A stretch of DNA of 64,000 bases from Oscillospiraceae bacterium (lineage in GTDB: Bacteria > Bacillota > Clostridia > Oscillospirales > Acutalibacteraceae), in assembly GCA_015065795.1 (NCBI GenBank), contig SVPO01000001.1, positions 4,453 to 68,452 on the forward strand, in the 5' to 3' direction. A program made the translations under genes and the position numbers. This document shows, in pieces, positions 45,672-54,552 of this stretch. The notes beneath the pieces were generated by a model that searched no databases, was not told the DNA's origin, and was given only the letters and a program-made list of their open reading frames with translations. Within the stretch, counting starts at the first letter, position 1, and each line of letters begins with the position of its first letter.

Positions 45672-46160
45672 CTACTGTCCTTCGGGAGCCGGTGAATTCT
45701 TCTCGTTGTAGCCGGTGAGACTGACCGTCTTGCTGACCCGTTCAAAGGTATTATATCCGGTAAGGCTGAATACTTTCGACGAATCCCGCCAGTTGTGGCG
45801 GATATACACCACGTCGTCGCCATCCTTCTCCCCTGCGTCAAAGACCTCTATCACCGCGCCGTCGGCAAAGGTGACGGTCACAGTCGGCATTTCATCCAGA
45901 TCTGAAGCAAAGATGGTATAAGTGGTCTCGGTGCGGGACACGGCATTGAGGAACGCCCGTACATTGCTGTAGGTCAGGGACGTGCGCACGCCCTCGCTGT
46001 CCTCGGCGATGGCGACGCAGTTATCCTGCGCGACGCTGATGAGATGGTCACTGCACCAGCGCTGGTGTGTCATGTAGTTGGTGGATCGCGCGATACCGTA
46101 GCCTATGGCGGCGGCAAGCAGCAGAAGAAACATTGCAACCGGGATAACGATCTTTTTCAT
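45672..46160 (-). CDS. signal-anchored hypothetical protein
   Basis: Track ORF trimmed to MKKIVIPVAMFLLLLAAAIGYG (GGAAGGTGG RBS). 162 aa. SLTGYN occurs twice near the C-terminus. Confidence 0.6.
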   Translation of the reverse strand: MKKIVIPVAMFLLLLAAAIGYGIARSTNYMTHQRWCSDHLISVAQDNCVAIAEDSEGVRTSLTYSNVRAFLNAVSRTETTYTIFASDLDEMPTVTVTFADGAVIEVFDAGEKDGDDVVYIRHNWRDSSKVFSLTGYNTFERVSKTVSLTGYNEKNSPAPEGQ

Positions 46161-46256
46161 CGATCTGCACCACCTTCCGAAAGCCGTAAATCGCTGCGTT
46201 TCATCAGTTTCACGGCATTTTACAAACACTTTCCCAAAATCCGTGTGTTCGCGATA

Positions 46257-46285
46257 ATTATAGCATGGCACACACACATTGGCAA
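46257..46285 (-). promoter_or_regulatory. promoter (extended -10) for 45672..46160
   Basis: Minus strand reads TTGCCA - 17 nt (ending TGC) - TATAAT. Confidence 0.6.
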
Positions 46286-46341
46286 CATACAAAATCAAGC
46301 ATATATACATTGCGCGCCTGTCGGGTATCCTCTGCATACAG

Positions 46342-46375
46342 AAAAACCGACCGCGGTGACCGCGGTCGGTTTTTT
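46342..46375 (-). terminator. bidirectional-looking intrinsic terminator
   Basis: CCGACCGCGG/CCGCGGTCGG stem flanked by AAAAA and TTTTTT. Confidence 0.75.
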
Positions 46376-46410
46376 GTTACATAGCGTCACTGAGTCTGAT
46401 CAGTCTGTAA

Positions 46411-46842
46411 TCAGTTCCTGGTGAAGGTCATGATGCCGTCAGCACCCATGTCGATGATGATGTCGTTGCCTTCGACGGTAGCGGTCATTTCTTCGCCGTT
46501 GTCGATCATGGTAATGGTGTTGCCGTCAACAGTGTACTGAACGGTTTCGGACTCGCCGGCAGCAGAGATGGTGACCTCTTTATCAGTAAAGGTCAGGCTG
46601 CCGTTGATTCCCAGCTCCTCCAGAAACTCTGAATCGACCAGGATGCCCTCAGCCTCCATGGAGGTCAGTGTCCATTCGGTACCTGCCAGGCGCAGCTTCT
46701 CATCGGGAACCTCGACGGGCTGCTCCATTTCAAAATCGTTGAAGATCTGTTCCAATTCGGAGCCGGCGAAGGGAGAGTCCGCGCAGGCAGCCAAAGCGCA
46801 CAGCATGACCACGGACAGAATGATTGCGAATACTTTCTTCAT
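46411..46842 (-). CDS. lipocalin-like small lipoprotein (paralogue 1)
   Basis: Track ORF trimmed to MKKVFAIILSVVMLCALAAC (lipobox; GGAGGAAAC RBS). Near-identical C-terminal half to 47268..47621. Confidence 0.7.
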   Translation of the reverse strand: MKKVFAIILSVVMLCALAACADSPFAGSELEQIFNDFEMEQPVEVPDEKLRLAGTEWTLTSMEAEGILVDSEFLEELGINGSLTFTDKEVTISAAGESETVQYTVDGNTITMIDNGEEMTATVEGNDIIIDMGADGIMTFTRN

Positions 46843-46891
46843 TTTTGTTTCCTCCAAAAAAATGTTTATATGAGGGAAATATGCGACAAAA

Positions 46892-47015
46892 TCAGTTGCT
46901 GCCTGCGTCGTACGCAAGGCTGAAGGCGGTTCCGTCCTCGGAAAAGGTGATCGGATCTTCGTCAGGGCTGAGTTAAAAGACCTCATTGCCATTGACCCGG
47001 AGAACGACGGTTCCA
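46892..47015 (-). pseudogene. 3'-terminal remnant of a 47671..48417-like lipoprotein gene
   Basis: Translates to GTVVLRVNGNEVF*LSPDEDPITFSEDGTAFSLAYDAGSN*, versus the intact ...LLVDGNEVSELSRDGGLISFTEDGTVFKLAYDAGSN*. In-frame TAA at 46973-75, and no 5' part. Confidence 0.75.
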
Positions 47016-47112
47016 ACACCCCGCGCCTTCTTTGAAAAGCCGAAATCGGATCCGCTTTGTCGGATTTTCGGCATTTAACAGACGCTTTTCAGAAACTCCT
47101 GCAGATGATAGT

Positions 47113-47141
47113 ATTATAGCATGTCACAGACGGAATGGCAA
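47113..47141 (-). promoter_or_regulatory. duplicated promoter copy now reading into the remnant and paralogue 1
   Basis: Minus strand reads TTGCCA - 17 nt (ending TGC) - TATAAT, the same architecture as 46257-46285. Confidence 0.55.
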
Positions 47142-47196
47142 TACAAAAACAAAGCATCAATACGTAATGGGCGTCGGTCTGCTATCCTTCGCAGAC

Positions 47197-47230
47197 AAAA
47201 AAACCGACCGTGGCGAACACGGTCGGTTTT
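47197..47230 (-). terminator. intrinsic terminator (duplicate of 46342-46375, diverged)
   Basis: CCGACCGTG/CACGGTCGG stem flanked by A- and T-tracts. Confidence 0.7.
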
Positions 47231-47267
47231 CTGTTACCTGATGTCACAAAGTCTGATCAGTCTGTAA

Positions 47268-47621
47268 TCAGTTCTTGGTGAAGGTCATGATGCCGTCAGC
47301 ACCCATGTCGATGATGATGTCGTTGCCATCGATGGTAGCAATCATGTCTTCGCCGTCAGCGGTCATGGTGATGGTGTTTCCTTCAACGGTGTAGGTACCG
47401 GTTTCGGACTCGCCGGCAGCAGAGATGGTGACCTCTTTATCAGTAAAGGTCAGGCTGCCGTTGATTCCCAGACCCTCAAGGAACTCAGCACCGACTTCGA
47501 TGCCTTCGGCCTTCATGGAGGTCAGCTTCCATTCGGTACCGGCGAGGGAAGAACCACCAGCGCAGGCGACCAGTGCGAACAGCATGACCACGGACAGAAC
47601 GATTGCGAATACTTTCTTCAT
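47268..47621 (-). CDS. lipocalin-like small lipoprotein (paralogue 2)
   Basis: MKKVFAIVLSVVMLFALVAC lipobox, GGAGGAAAAC RBS, 117 aa. Confidence 0.7.
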   Translation of the reverse strand: MKKVFAIVLSVVMLFALVACAGGSSLAGTEWKLTSMKAEGIEVGAEFLEGLGINGSLTFTDKEVTISAAGESETGTYTVEGNTITMTADGEDMIATIDGNDIIIDMGADGIMTFTKN

Positions 47622-47670
47622 TTTTGTTTTCCTCCTAAAAAATGTTTATGTTGGGAAATTTGCGACAAAA

Positions 47671-48417
47671 TCAGTTACTGCCTGCGTCGTACGCAAGCTT
47701 GAAGACGGTTCCGTCCTCGGTAAAGGAGATCAGGCCACCGTCACGGCTGAGCTCAGAGACCTCATTGCCGTCGACCAGAAGAATGATCTTGCTGCCGTTC
47801 TCCTCGTAGTTGCCCTCGACAGTTTCGCCCAGCAGTTCAAAGACGAAGGCGTCACCGGTGAAGGAGATCTTTCCGGAAAAACCGAACTGATCAAACATGG
47901 ACTGACTGAAGACAGCGCCTTCAGCCTCGACGGAATGAAGCGACCAGCTGGTATTCGCCAGACCGCCGTCGTACTCGGGAACCTCCATCTCGGCGTTGGC
48001 TTCCTTGAGAATGTCTCCGTTTTCGGTGACAAACTCGCAGGTGATGGAAATGCCGGCCTCGCTGATTTCCATAGTCAGCTTGTCCTCAGCGTACGCTGCC
48101 TCAACAACGGTGGTACCGTCGTCCATGGAAACGATATTCTTTTCGTCGTCGCACTCATAGGTGCCGACGCCGCCGGTGGTGCTGCCCATATCGATGCTGA
48201 GCTCAAACTCGTCGTTCTCTCTGAATTCCAGCCAGCCGGAATAACCGGTTGCCTTCAGGGTGTTGTAGTCGATGGTCATTCCAAAGGTTTCCATGGAGTA
48301 CAGAACCCATTTGTCCTTGATAAGAACGCTCTTGAGACCGTCGTCCTTGGAGGTGCTGCAGGCGCACACGGAGAACAGCATGAACACTGCAAGGATCACT
48401 GCCAGAAGTTTCTTCAT
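47671..48417 (-). CDS. two-domain lipocalin-like lipoprotein
   Basis: MKKLLAVILAVFMLFSVCAC lipobox. Two internal W.L.S.E..G modules similar to the single-domain paralogues. Confidence 0.7.
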   Translation of the reverse strand: MKKLLAVILAVFMLFSVCACSTSKDDGLKSVLIKDKWVLYSMETFGMTIDYNTLKATGYSGWLEFRENDEFELSIDMGSTTGGVGTYECDDEKNIVSMDDGTTVVEAAYAEDKLTMEISEAGISITCEFVTENGDILKEANAEMEVPEYDGGLANTSWSLHSVEAEGAVFSQSMFDQFGFSGKISFTGDAFVFELLGETVEGNYEENGSKIILLVDGNEVSELSRDGGLISFTEDGTVFKLAYDAGSN

Positions 48418-48507
48418 TTGATGTCCCTCTCTTTTCCTGTTTCAAAATTATTGCTCCGGTTTCTTACCGGAAATAACTGTTTGACTTCCGGGCGGAAATC
48501 CTGTGGA

Positions 48508-48978
48508 TCATTCGTCCGGGGCACCTTCGATATCGATATCCTCCTCGATCTCAAGAGCGAGATCGGGGACACCGTCGCCGTCGATGTCGATGAACGCCAT
48601 ATCGGCAATACCGTCACCCGTCGTATCCATCACAGCGGTATCGGTAAAACCGTCACCGTCGCTGTCCACCATGTAGGTGTCCTGCCCACCGTCGCCGTTG
48701 ACGTCTGCCATATAGCCCTCGTCGGCGCCTGCTATGGGAGCGATGACGTCCGGTTTGCCGTCGCCGTTTGTGTCGGAGCACATCAGGTCGGGCTGACCAT
48801 CACCGGTGATGTCCAGCAGCACGGTATCAAAGCTGCCGTCGTGGTTGGTATCCAGATAGATGGCGTCGGTCACGCCGTCGCCGTCAAGATCGGAAAGGAT
48901 GGTGTCGGTCATCCCGTCACCATTGGTGTCAAGACGGATATCAGACGGAACACCTGCAGGATTTTCCCTGTTGCTCAT
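48508..48978 (-). CDS. acidic protein made of nine DxDGDGxxD (thrombospondin-type-3/EF-loop-like) calcium-binding repeats
   Basis: GGAGAGGGGAGGG RBS. DTNGDGMTD, DLDGDGVTD, DTNHDGSFD, DITGDGQPD, DTNGDGKPD, DVNGDGGQD, DSDGDGFTD, DTTGDGIAD, DIDGDGVPD. No signal peptide seen. Confidence 0.6.
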   Translation of the reverse strand: MSNRENPAGVPSDIRLDTNGDGMTDTILSDLDGDGVTDAIYLDTNHDGSFDTVLLDITGDGQPDLMCSDTNGDGKPDVIAPIAGADEGYMADVNGDGGQDTYMVDSDGDGFTDTAVMDTTGDGIADMAFIDIDGDGVPDLALEIEEDIDIEGAPDE

Positions 48979-49162
48979 CAGTTGACACCCTCCCCTCTCC
49001 TGTGCGCTTCAGCGCCAAAGTCTAACTGTTATTTTATAATACATTCCCTTTCTTTGCAATAGTAAATTACAAAATCATGCATGGTTGACTTGCGGACGCA
49101 ACTGTGGTATTATCTCTGCGGATTACAATAACGCCTGAAAACGGTGCAACGGAGGCTTTACT

Positions 49163-49915
49163 GTGAAGATCAGAAGTATGTTTGCAAAGATTCTTGCTGC
49201 CGCGGCAATATGCTCGCTGCTGGCACTGCCCTGCGGCTGCGGAGATGAAAAGGAAAGCGGCGACGCTGCGGTTCTCGCTCCCGTGGTCACATCTGCCGAC
49301 GTGAGCGGTGCTGATGCGAGCAGCTCCGATACCAGCTCCTCCGACACGCTGTTCTCCGAGGACGAGACCGGCCCTGTTTATGCTGTCTACAGCGGCGCGG
49401 AAGCCATCAATGTGCGCGACCTTGATGCGTATATGGCAACCGTCGACCCGGACAGCGAGGTGTATGACATCACCCTTGAGGACGCAAAGTATATGTTCGC
49501 CCATTACCGTCTATCCGTCTCCATTGACGATGTGGACATCATAAGCCTTGATGACACCACCGCGGTGGTCACTGTTACCCAGACCACTCTGCCCGTCGCG
49601 GAGCAGGCAGACGCACCGGTCAGCGGCAGCGACGTGAGCGCGTCCGACGTAAGCGGCAGCGATATTCCCGCACCGCTGAGCGGCAAGGATCACACATCCA
49701 AGTTCACCCCCTGCGTCACCGTTCTGACCCACACTCTGACCAACATCGACGGCAGGTGGTATGTCACCTCCACCGTGGTGGAATCCTACCGTGAGATCAG
49801 CACCCAGTGGGATCTGCTGGGCGAGATCTCTGCCGCCGACCCCCAGAGCCTCGTGCTCTCCGGCAGCCTGCCGGTCAGCCCTGCCGACGCTGTTTCCGTC
49901 GCCGACGCCGAATAA
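49163..49915 (+). CDS. lipoprotein with Ser/Asp-rich linkers and an NTF2-like-looking central domain, hypothetical
   Basis: GTG start 7 nt after GGAGG. Signal peptide ...SLLALPCGC|G. Confidence 0.6.
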   Translation: MKIRSMFAKILAAAAICSLLALPCGCGDEKESGDAAVLAPVVTSADVSGADASSSDTSSSDTLFSEDETGPVYAVYSGAEAINVRDLDAYMATVDPDSEVYDITLEDAKYMFAHYRLSVSIDDVDIISLDDTTAVVTVTQTTLPVAEQADAPVSGSDVSASDVSGSDIPAPLSGKDHTSKFTPCVTVLTHTLTNIDGRWYVTSTVVESYREISTQWDLLGEISAADPQSLVLSGSLPVSPADAVSVADAE

Positions 49916-50046
49916 TCCGCCCATCCTGCGCCCCGACTGTTATTGAAGTCGGGGCGTTTCTGCGTTCTCTGCCGTTTGACATACGAACTGTATGGTGGTA
50001 GAATACTATAGATATACATTTACCATAATATCGGAGGAAGCAGCCA

Positions 50047-50925
50047 ATGAAGCGAGCGCAGAAGGAAAACGGCAGAACGGTCCTTGTGACCGGTGCTTCG
50101 GGCGGTCTGGGCAGGGCGGTATGCGCCCGGCTCGCAGATCGCGGCTATCGCGTGCTCGCCTGCGACATTTCTCCCTCCGAACCTGAGGACGAGCGCATCG
50201 TTCCCATCCGGCTGGACGTTACCGATCAGCAGAGCGTTGATGAGTGCGTGCGGCAGGCACAGCAGCACACCGACTGTCTGCACGCGGTGATCAACCTTGC
50301 AGGCGTGTTCCTGATGACCACCCTTTCCGAGGGCGGTGCCGACGCTCTGAGCAGGGCACTGGAGGTCAACGTGGTGGGTATGTGCCGCCTGAACAGCGCC
50401 GTCATGCCGCTGCTCAAGCCGGGCAGAAGCCGCGTCATCAACATGAGCAGCGAGATCGGCCGATATTCCCCCCAGCCCTTCAACGGCCCCTATGCCGTTT
50501 CCAAGCACGCGGTGGACGCATACACCGACGTTATCCGCCGGGAGCTGATGTTTGCCGGCATCCCCGTGTGCAAGATACAGGCAGGCTCCTTCGGCACGCA
50601 GATGCTCACAGCTGCTCGAAGCCAGTACGACCGGCTGCTGGAGGACACCAGGCTCTACCGTCACGAGCTGACAGTGCTGGCGCCCATCATGACCGGCGAG
50701 CTGGAAAAGGGCTACGACCCTGCGATATTCGCGCGGATGATCGACCGTCAGCTGCGCAGGCGCAGACCGAAGCGCTGCGTGCGCATCAAAAACAGCTTCA
50801 AGCTCTCACTGCTGGATATGCTCCCCGAGGGCGCGCAGGACGTTGCCTACAAGGCAGCCCTCAGGGTATTCGGCTGGTTCATAAAGGACGAAAGCAAACC
50901 TACAACTACAGACGACAAGGAGTAA
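50047..50925 (+). CDS. short-chain dehydrogenase/reductase (SDR)
   Basis: VLVTGASGGLGRAV Rossmann motif and YAVSKHA catalytic YxxxK. Confidence 0.85.
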   Translation: MKRAQKENGRTVLVTGASGGLGRAVCARLADRGYRVLACDISPSEPEDERIVPIRLDVTDQQSVDECVRQAQQHTDCLHAVINLAGVFLMTTLSEGGADALSRALEVNVVGMCRLNSAVMPLLKPGRSRVINMSSEIGRYSPQPFNGPYAVSKHAVDAYTDVIRRELMFAGIPVCKIQAGSFGTQMLTAARSQYDRLLEDTRLYRHELTVLAPIMTGELEKGYDPAIFARMIDRQLRRRRPKRCVRIKNSFKLSLLDMLPEGAQDVAYKAALRVFGWFIKDESKPTTTDDKE

Positions 50926-50929
50926 CAAC

Positions 50930-51961
50930 ATGGCATTGATCGATATTCTCACCGGGCTGTCCGCAGCCATCGGACCGGCCGGCGCCGAGGGTTCCGCGGC
51001 ACGGCTGGCAATGGAGCTGCTGAGCGACTACGCTCCCAGCCGCACCGACGCTCTGGGCAGCGTCATCGCCGAGCTGGGCGATCCCGATGCCGCCGAGCAC
51101 ATCCTGCTGGACGCTCACATCGACGAGATCGGCATGATCGTCACCTCGGTGGACGACGAGGGATTCATTCACGTTGACCGCTGCGGCGGTGCCGACCGAC
51201 GCACTCTGGTGGGCGCGGAGGTGTACGTCATGGGCACCCGTAAGCTTTCGGGCGTGGTGTGCTCCGTGCCTCCCCATCTTTCCGCCGAGCTGGACGGCAA
51301 GTCCCCTGCCTGGGACAAGCTGTACGTTGACATCGGCTATCCCGGCGATCAGGCAAAGAAACTGGTTCCTCCCGGTTCGAGGATCGTTGTGAAAACCAAG
51401 CCCTACCGCCTGCTTGGCGACCGTGTGTCCGGCAAGGCTCTTGATAACCGCGCAGGCGCGGCGGTGCTTATCCGCACCGTTGAGCTGCTGGTCAGCGAGA
51501 ACGCCCCCATTCCCTGCCGTCTGACCGTGCTGCTGAGCAGCCGCGAGGAGGTGGGCGGACAGGGCGCAGGCGCGGCGACATTTACCGCTCAGCCCACTCA
51601 GGCCATCGCCGTGGATGTGAGCTTCGCCGCTCAGCCCGGTGTATCCAAGGAGAAATCCGGCGAGCTGGGCAAGGGTCCCATGATCGGCTTCTCCCCCTGC
51701 CTTGACCATGCCATTTCCAACCGCCTTGCCGCTCTTGCCGACGAGCTGGAGCAGCCCTGGCAGTTCGAGGTCATGGGCGGTCGCACCGGCACCAATGCCG
51801 ACGACATTTCCATCTCCCGTGAGGGCGTGCGCTGCGGTCTTGTTTCCATCCCCCAGCGCAATATGCACTCGGCGGCTGAGATCGTTGATATGAACGACAT
51901 TGAAGCCACGGCTCAGCTGCTGGCTCGATTTGTGAGAACGGGAGGTGTGAGCAATGCTTAA
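50930..51961 (+). CDS. M42-family metallo-aminopeptidase (FrvX/CelM-like)
   Basis: LDAHIDEIGMIV, GKALDNRAG and SSREEVG motifs. Confidence 0.85.
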   Translation: MALIDILTGLSAAIGPAGAEGSAARLAMELLSDYAPSRTDALGSVIAELGDPDAAEHILLDAHIDEIGMIVTSVDDEGFIHVDRCGGADRRTLVGAEVYVMGTRKLSGVVCSVPPHLSAELDGKSPAWDKLYVDIGYPGDQAKKLVPPGSRIVVKTKPYRLLGDRVSGKALDNRAGAAVLIRTVELLVSENAPIPCRLTVLLSSREEVGGQGAGAATFTAQPTQAIAVDVSFAAQPGVSKEKSGELGKGPMIGFSPCLDHAISNRLAALADELEQPWQFEVMGGRTGTNADDISISREGVRCGLVSIPQRNMHSAAEIVDMNDIEATAQLLARFVRTGGVSNA

Positions 51962-52976
51962 GCATCTGGAGGCACTCTGTCAGCTGCCCGGCGTTTCCGG
52001 CAGAGAGGACGCTGTGCGCGGATATATCCTTGAACAGGTCCGTGAGCTTGCCGACGAGGTCATCGTAGGTCCCACAGGCTCGGTCATCGCTCTGAAAAAG
52101 GGCGAGCGCTCCGACGGTCCGCGGATGATGGTCAGCGCTCACATGGACGAGGTCGGTCTGATCGTCACAAGAGTATGCGACGACGGTATGCTGAAGTTCG
52201 CCAACGTGGGCGGCATCGATCCCCGTGTGCTGTGCGGACGCACGGTGCTGGTGGGCGAGGAGCGCATCCCCGGCGTTATCGGCGTGGTGCCTATTCATCT
52301 TTCCTCCGGTGACGAAAAGGATCGCGTGCCCAAGATCAGCGCCATGACCATCGACATCGGCGCGCAGAACGGCGAGGAGGCAAAAAAGCACGTTCGTCCC
52401 GGTGACGTGTGCGTGTTTGACACCGCCTTTGAGCTGTTCGGCGACGGGCTTATCAAGGCAAAGGCTCTTGACGACCGTGCCGGCTGCGCCATCATGCTTG
52501 AGCTGATGAAACAGGACTTCCCCGGTGACGTTTACTTCACCTTTGTGACCATGGAGGAAGTGGGTCTGCGCGGTGCCACCTGCGCCGCCTACACCGTGGC
52601 TCCCGATTACGCTCTGGTGCTGGAATCCACCACCGCCGCCGACATCGCAGGCGTTGACCGCGACGCTCAGGTGTGCCGCGTGCGCGAGGGTGCTGTCATA
52701 AGCTTTATGGACCGCAGCACCATCTACGACCGCGAGCTTTTTGCCCGTGCGCTTGACGTGGGCAGAGAAAAGGGCATAGCCGTACAGGTCAAGGAAGCTG
52801 TCGCCGGCGGAAACGACGCCGGTGCCATCCACAAATCCCGCGGCGGTGTGCGCACCCTTGCCATCAGTCTGCCCTGCCGCTATCTCCACGCCCCTGCGTC
52901 CCTCATCGCAAAGAGCGATCTGGACGCGGCATACGAACTTGCCTTCGAGATGATCAGCGAGATCACCGCAGGCTGA
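51954..52976 (+). CDS. M42-family metallo-aminopeptidase, tandem paralogue
   Basis: SAHMDEVGLIV, AKALDDRAG and VTMEEVGLRGA. 8-nt overlap with the upstream gene. Confidence 0.85.
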   Translation: MLKHLEALCQLPGVSGREDAVRGYILEQVRELADEVIVGPTGSVIALKKGERSDGPRMMVSAHMDEVGLIVTRVCDDGMLKFANVGGIDPRVLCGRTVLVGEERIPGVIGVVPIHLSSGDEKDRVPKISAMTIDIGAQNGEEAKKHVRPGDVCVFDTAFELFGDGLIKAKALDDRAGCAIMLELMKQDFPGDVYFTFVTMEEVGLRGATCAAYTVAPDYALVLESTTAADIAGVDRDAQVCRVREGAVISFMDRSTIYDRELFARALDVGREKGIAVQVKEAVAGGNDAGAIHKSRGGVRTLAISLPCRYLHAPASLIAKSDLDAAYELAFEMISEITAG

Positions 52977-53037
52977 TAAACCGAACAGAACGGGCGGCAT
53001 CAACCGCCGCCCGATACATAACCGATAGGATAGATTT

Positions 53038-53769
53038 ATGCTTAGAATTGTAGAGAACGATTCCATTCTGACCATGGCGGAATACTGCAAGGGCGACCCC
53101 TACGGCTGCCGCATCATGGCTACATACAACACCTACGGGCTGGGCAACGATTTTGCTCAGTTCTGGCTGCAGGTGGACGAGCACGAAAAGGTCACCGCCG
53201 TGGTGGGCAGTCTTGACAACGGACTGACCGTCTGCGCAAAGGGCGACTACGACTTTGAGGAGATCGACCTGTTCGTGGAGATGCTCGCCGGAAAGAACGG
53301 CGCGCTGCGTCCCGTGCGCAAGGGAGAGGCTGCCGACGGTCTGATGATGCGTCTGGACAGGGAATTTCTGCCTCCGTCCTCCGACGAGGTGGATATCGCC
53401 CCTCCCATCGAGGATCTTTATTCGGTGATGGAGCGGTGCCCCGGTCTGGGCTTCAACGTGCCTGCCTTTGAGCCGTTCTATGCCGATATGCTGCGCCGCA
53501 CCAAGGCCGGTACCGCCATGTCCGCAGTGCTGCACAGGGATGTTCTCCCCGTGTCCTGCGCTGCGGTGCATCTTGCCTCGAATGTGGCGCTGCTGACCAT
53601 GTGCGCCACCATCCCCACCCTGCAGGGGCAGGGCTGCGGCGCGACCTGCTGCCGTGCCCTCATCAACCGTATCCCTGCCGAGACCGAGGTGTATGTTTTC
53701 TGTCTGCCCGGCTACTGCGGATACTACGAGAAGATGGGCTTCCGCGTGACCGGCGGCTTTGTTTACTGA
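53038..53769 (+). CDS. GNAT-like acetyltransferase (C-terminal domain), hypothetical
   Basis: Motif-A-like LQGQGCG followed by YYEKMGFRV. Confidence 0.5.
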   Translation: MLRIVENDSILTMAEYCKGDPYGCRIMATYNTYGLGNDFAQFWLQVDEHEKVTAVVGSLDNGLTVCAKGDYDFEEIDLFVEMLAGKNGALRPVRKGEAADGLMMRLDREFLPPSSDEVDIAPPIEDLYSVMERCPGLGFNVPAFEPFYADMLRRTKAGTAMSAVLHRDVLPVSCAAVHLASNVALLTMCATIPTLQGQGCGATCCRALINRIPAETEVYVFCLPGYCGYYEKMGFRVTGGFVY

Positions 53770-53770
53770 T

Positions 53771-54502
53771 ATGATGATACCTGAAGAATTTTCGCGCACG
53801 GCACTGCTCATCGGCGAGCCTGCCCTTGAGCGGCTGATGAACAGCCGTGTGGTCATTTTCGGACTGGGCGGCGTGGGCGGTCAGTGCGCCGAGGCGCTGC
53901 TGCGCGCCGGTGTGTGCAATATGCTGCTCATCGACGGCGACAGCGTTTCCCGAAGCAACATCAACCGCCAGCTCATCTCCACGCAGGCTGCCATCGGGCG
54001 GCGCAAGGTGGACGTGTGCCGTGAGCGGCTGCTGGATATCATTCCCTTTGCCAGCATCGACACGCTGGATATTTTCTACACCGCCGAAACAGCCCACAAG
54101 GTGGATATCTCCGCCTTTGACTGCGTGGTGGACGCCATCGATACGGTATCCTCCAAGCTGATGCTCGCCGAGCTTGCCTACAAGGCTGGCGTGCCCATGA
54201 TCAGCTGCATGGGCGCAGGCAACAAGCTTGATCCCTCCCGTTTTGAGGTCACCGACATCAACAGGACCACCTTCTGCCCTCTTGCCCGTGTGATGCGCAA
54301 GGAGCTGAAGAAGCGCGGCGTGCCGTCGCTGCGTGTGGTCTATTCCCAGGAGCCTGCCATCGAGCCCAAGGGCGAAGCCGAGGCCCGATACAGCGGACGA
54401 CCCACACCCGGCAGCGCGTCATTCTGCGCTCCTGCGGCAGGTCTGCTGTGCGCGGCGGAGGTCGTGAAGATGCTGACCGAAGGCGCGGCTGCTGCAGAGT
54501 GA
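53771..54502 (+). CDS. tcdA: tRNA threonylcarbamoyladenosine dehydratase (ThiF/E1-like)
   Basis: Track TTG start replaced by ATG 53771. VVIFGLGGVGGQCAEALLRAGV..LIDGDSVSRSNINRQ. Confidence 0.8.
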   Translation: MMIPEEFSRTALLIGEPALERLMNSRVVIFGLGGVGGQCAEALLRAGVCNMLLIDGDSVSRSNINRQLISTQAAIGRRKVDVCRERLLDIIPFASIDTLDIFYTAETAHKVDISAFDCVVDAIDTVSSKLMLAELAYKAGVPMISCMGAGNKLDPSRFEVTDINRTTFCPLARVMRKELKKRGVPSLRVVYSQEPAIEPKGEAEARYSGRPTPGSASFCAPAAGLLCAAEVVKMLTEGAAAAE

Positions 54503-54552
54503 CAAAAACAGGGCGGATATAGCATCCGCCCCTGCTGACAATTTTTGAAATT

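Larger units (their letters stand above)
46161..47795 (-). repeat. tandem segmental duplication (two ~0.78-0.86-kb units, junction near 47015/47016)
   Basis: The leader, promoter, terminator, one-domain lipoprotein gene and 3' end of the two-domain gene are all present twice. Long stretches are identical (e.g. CAGTCTGTAATCAGTTC[C/T]TGGTGAAGGTCATGATGCCGTCAGCACCCATGTCGATGATGATGTCGTTGCC). Confidence 0.85.

Noticed and set aside
46843-47019. N-terminal 59-aa extension of the track ORF 46411..47019.
   Set aside because: The extension reads out-of-frame through the pseudogene stump. A canonical lipoprotein signal peptide with a GGAGG RBS starts at 46842 and matches the paralogue at 47621.
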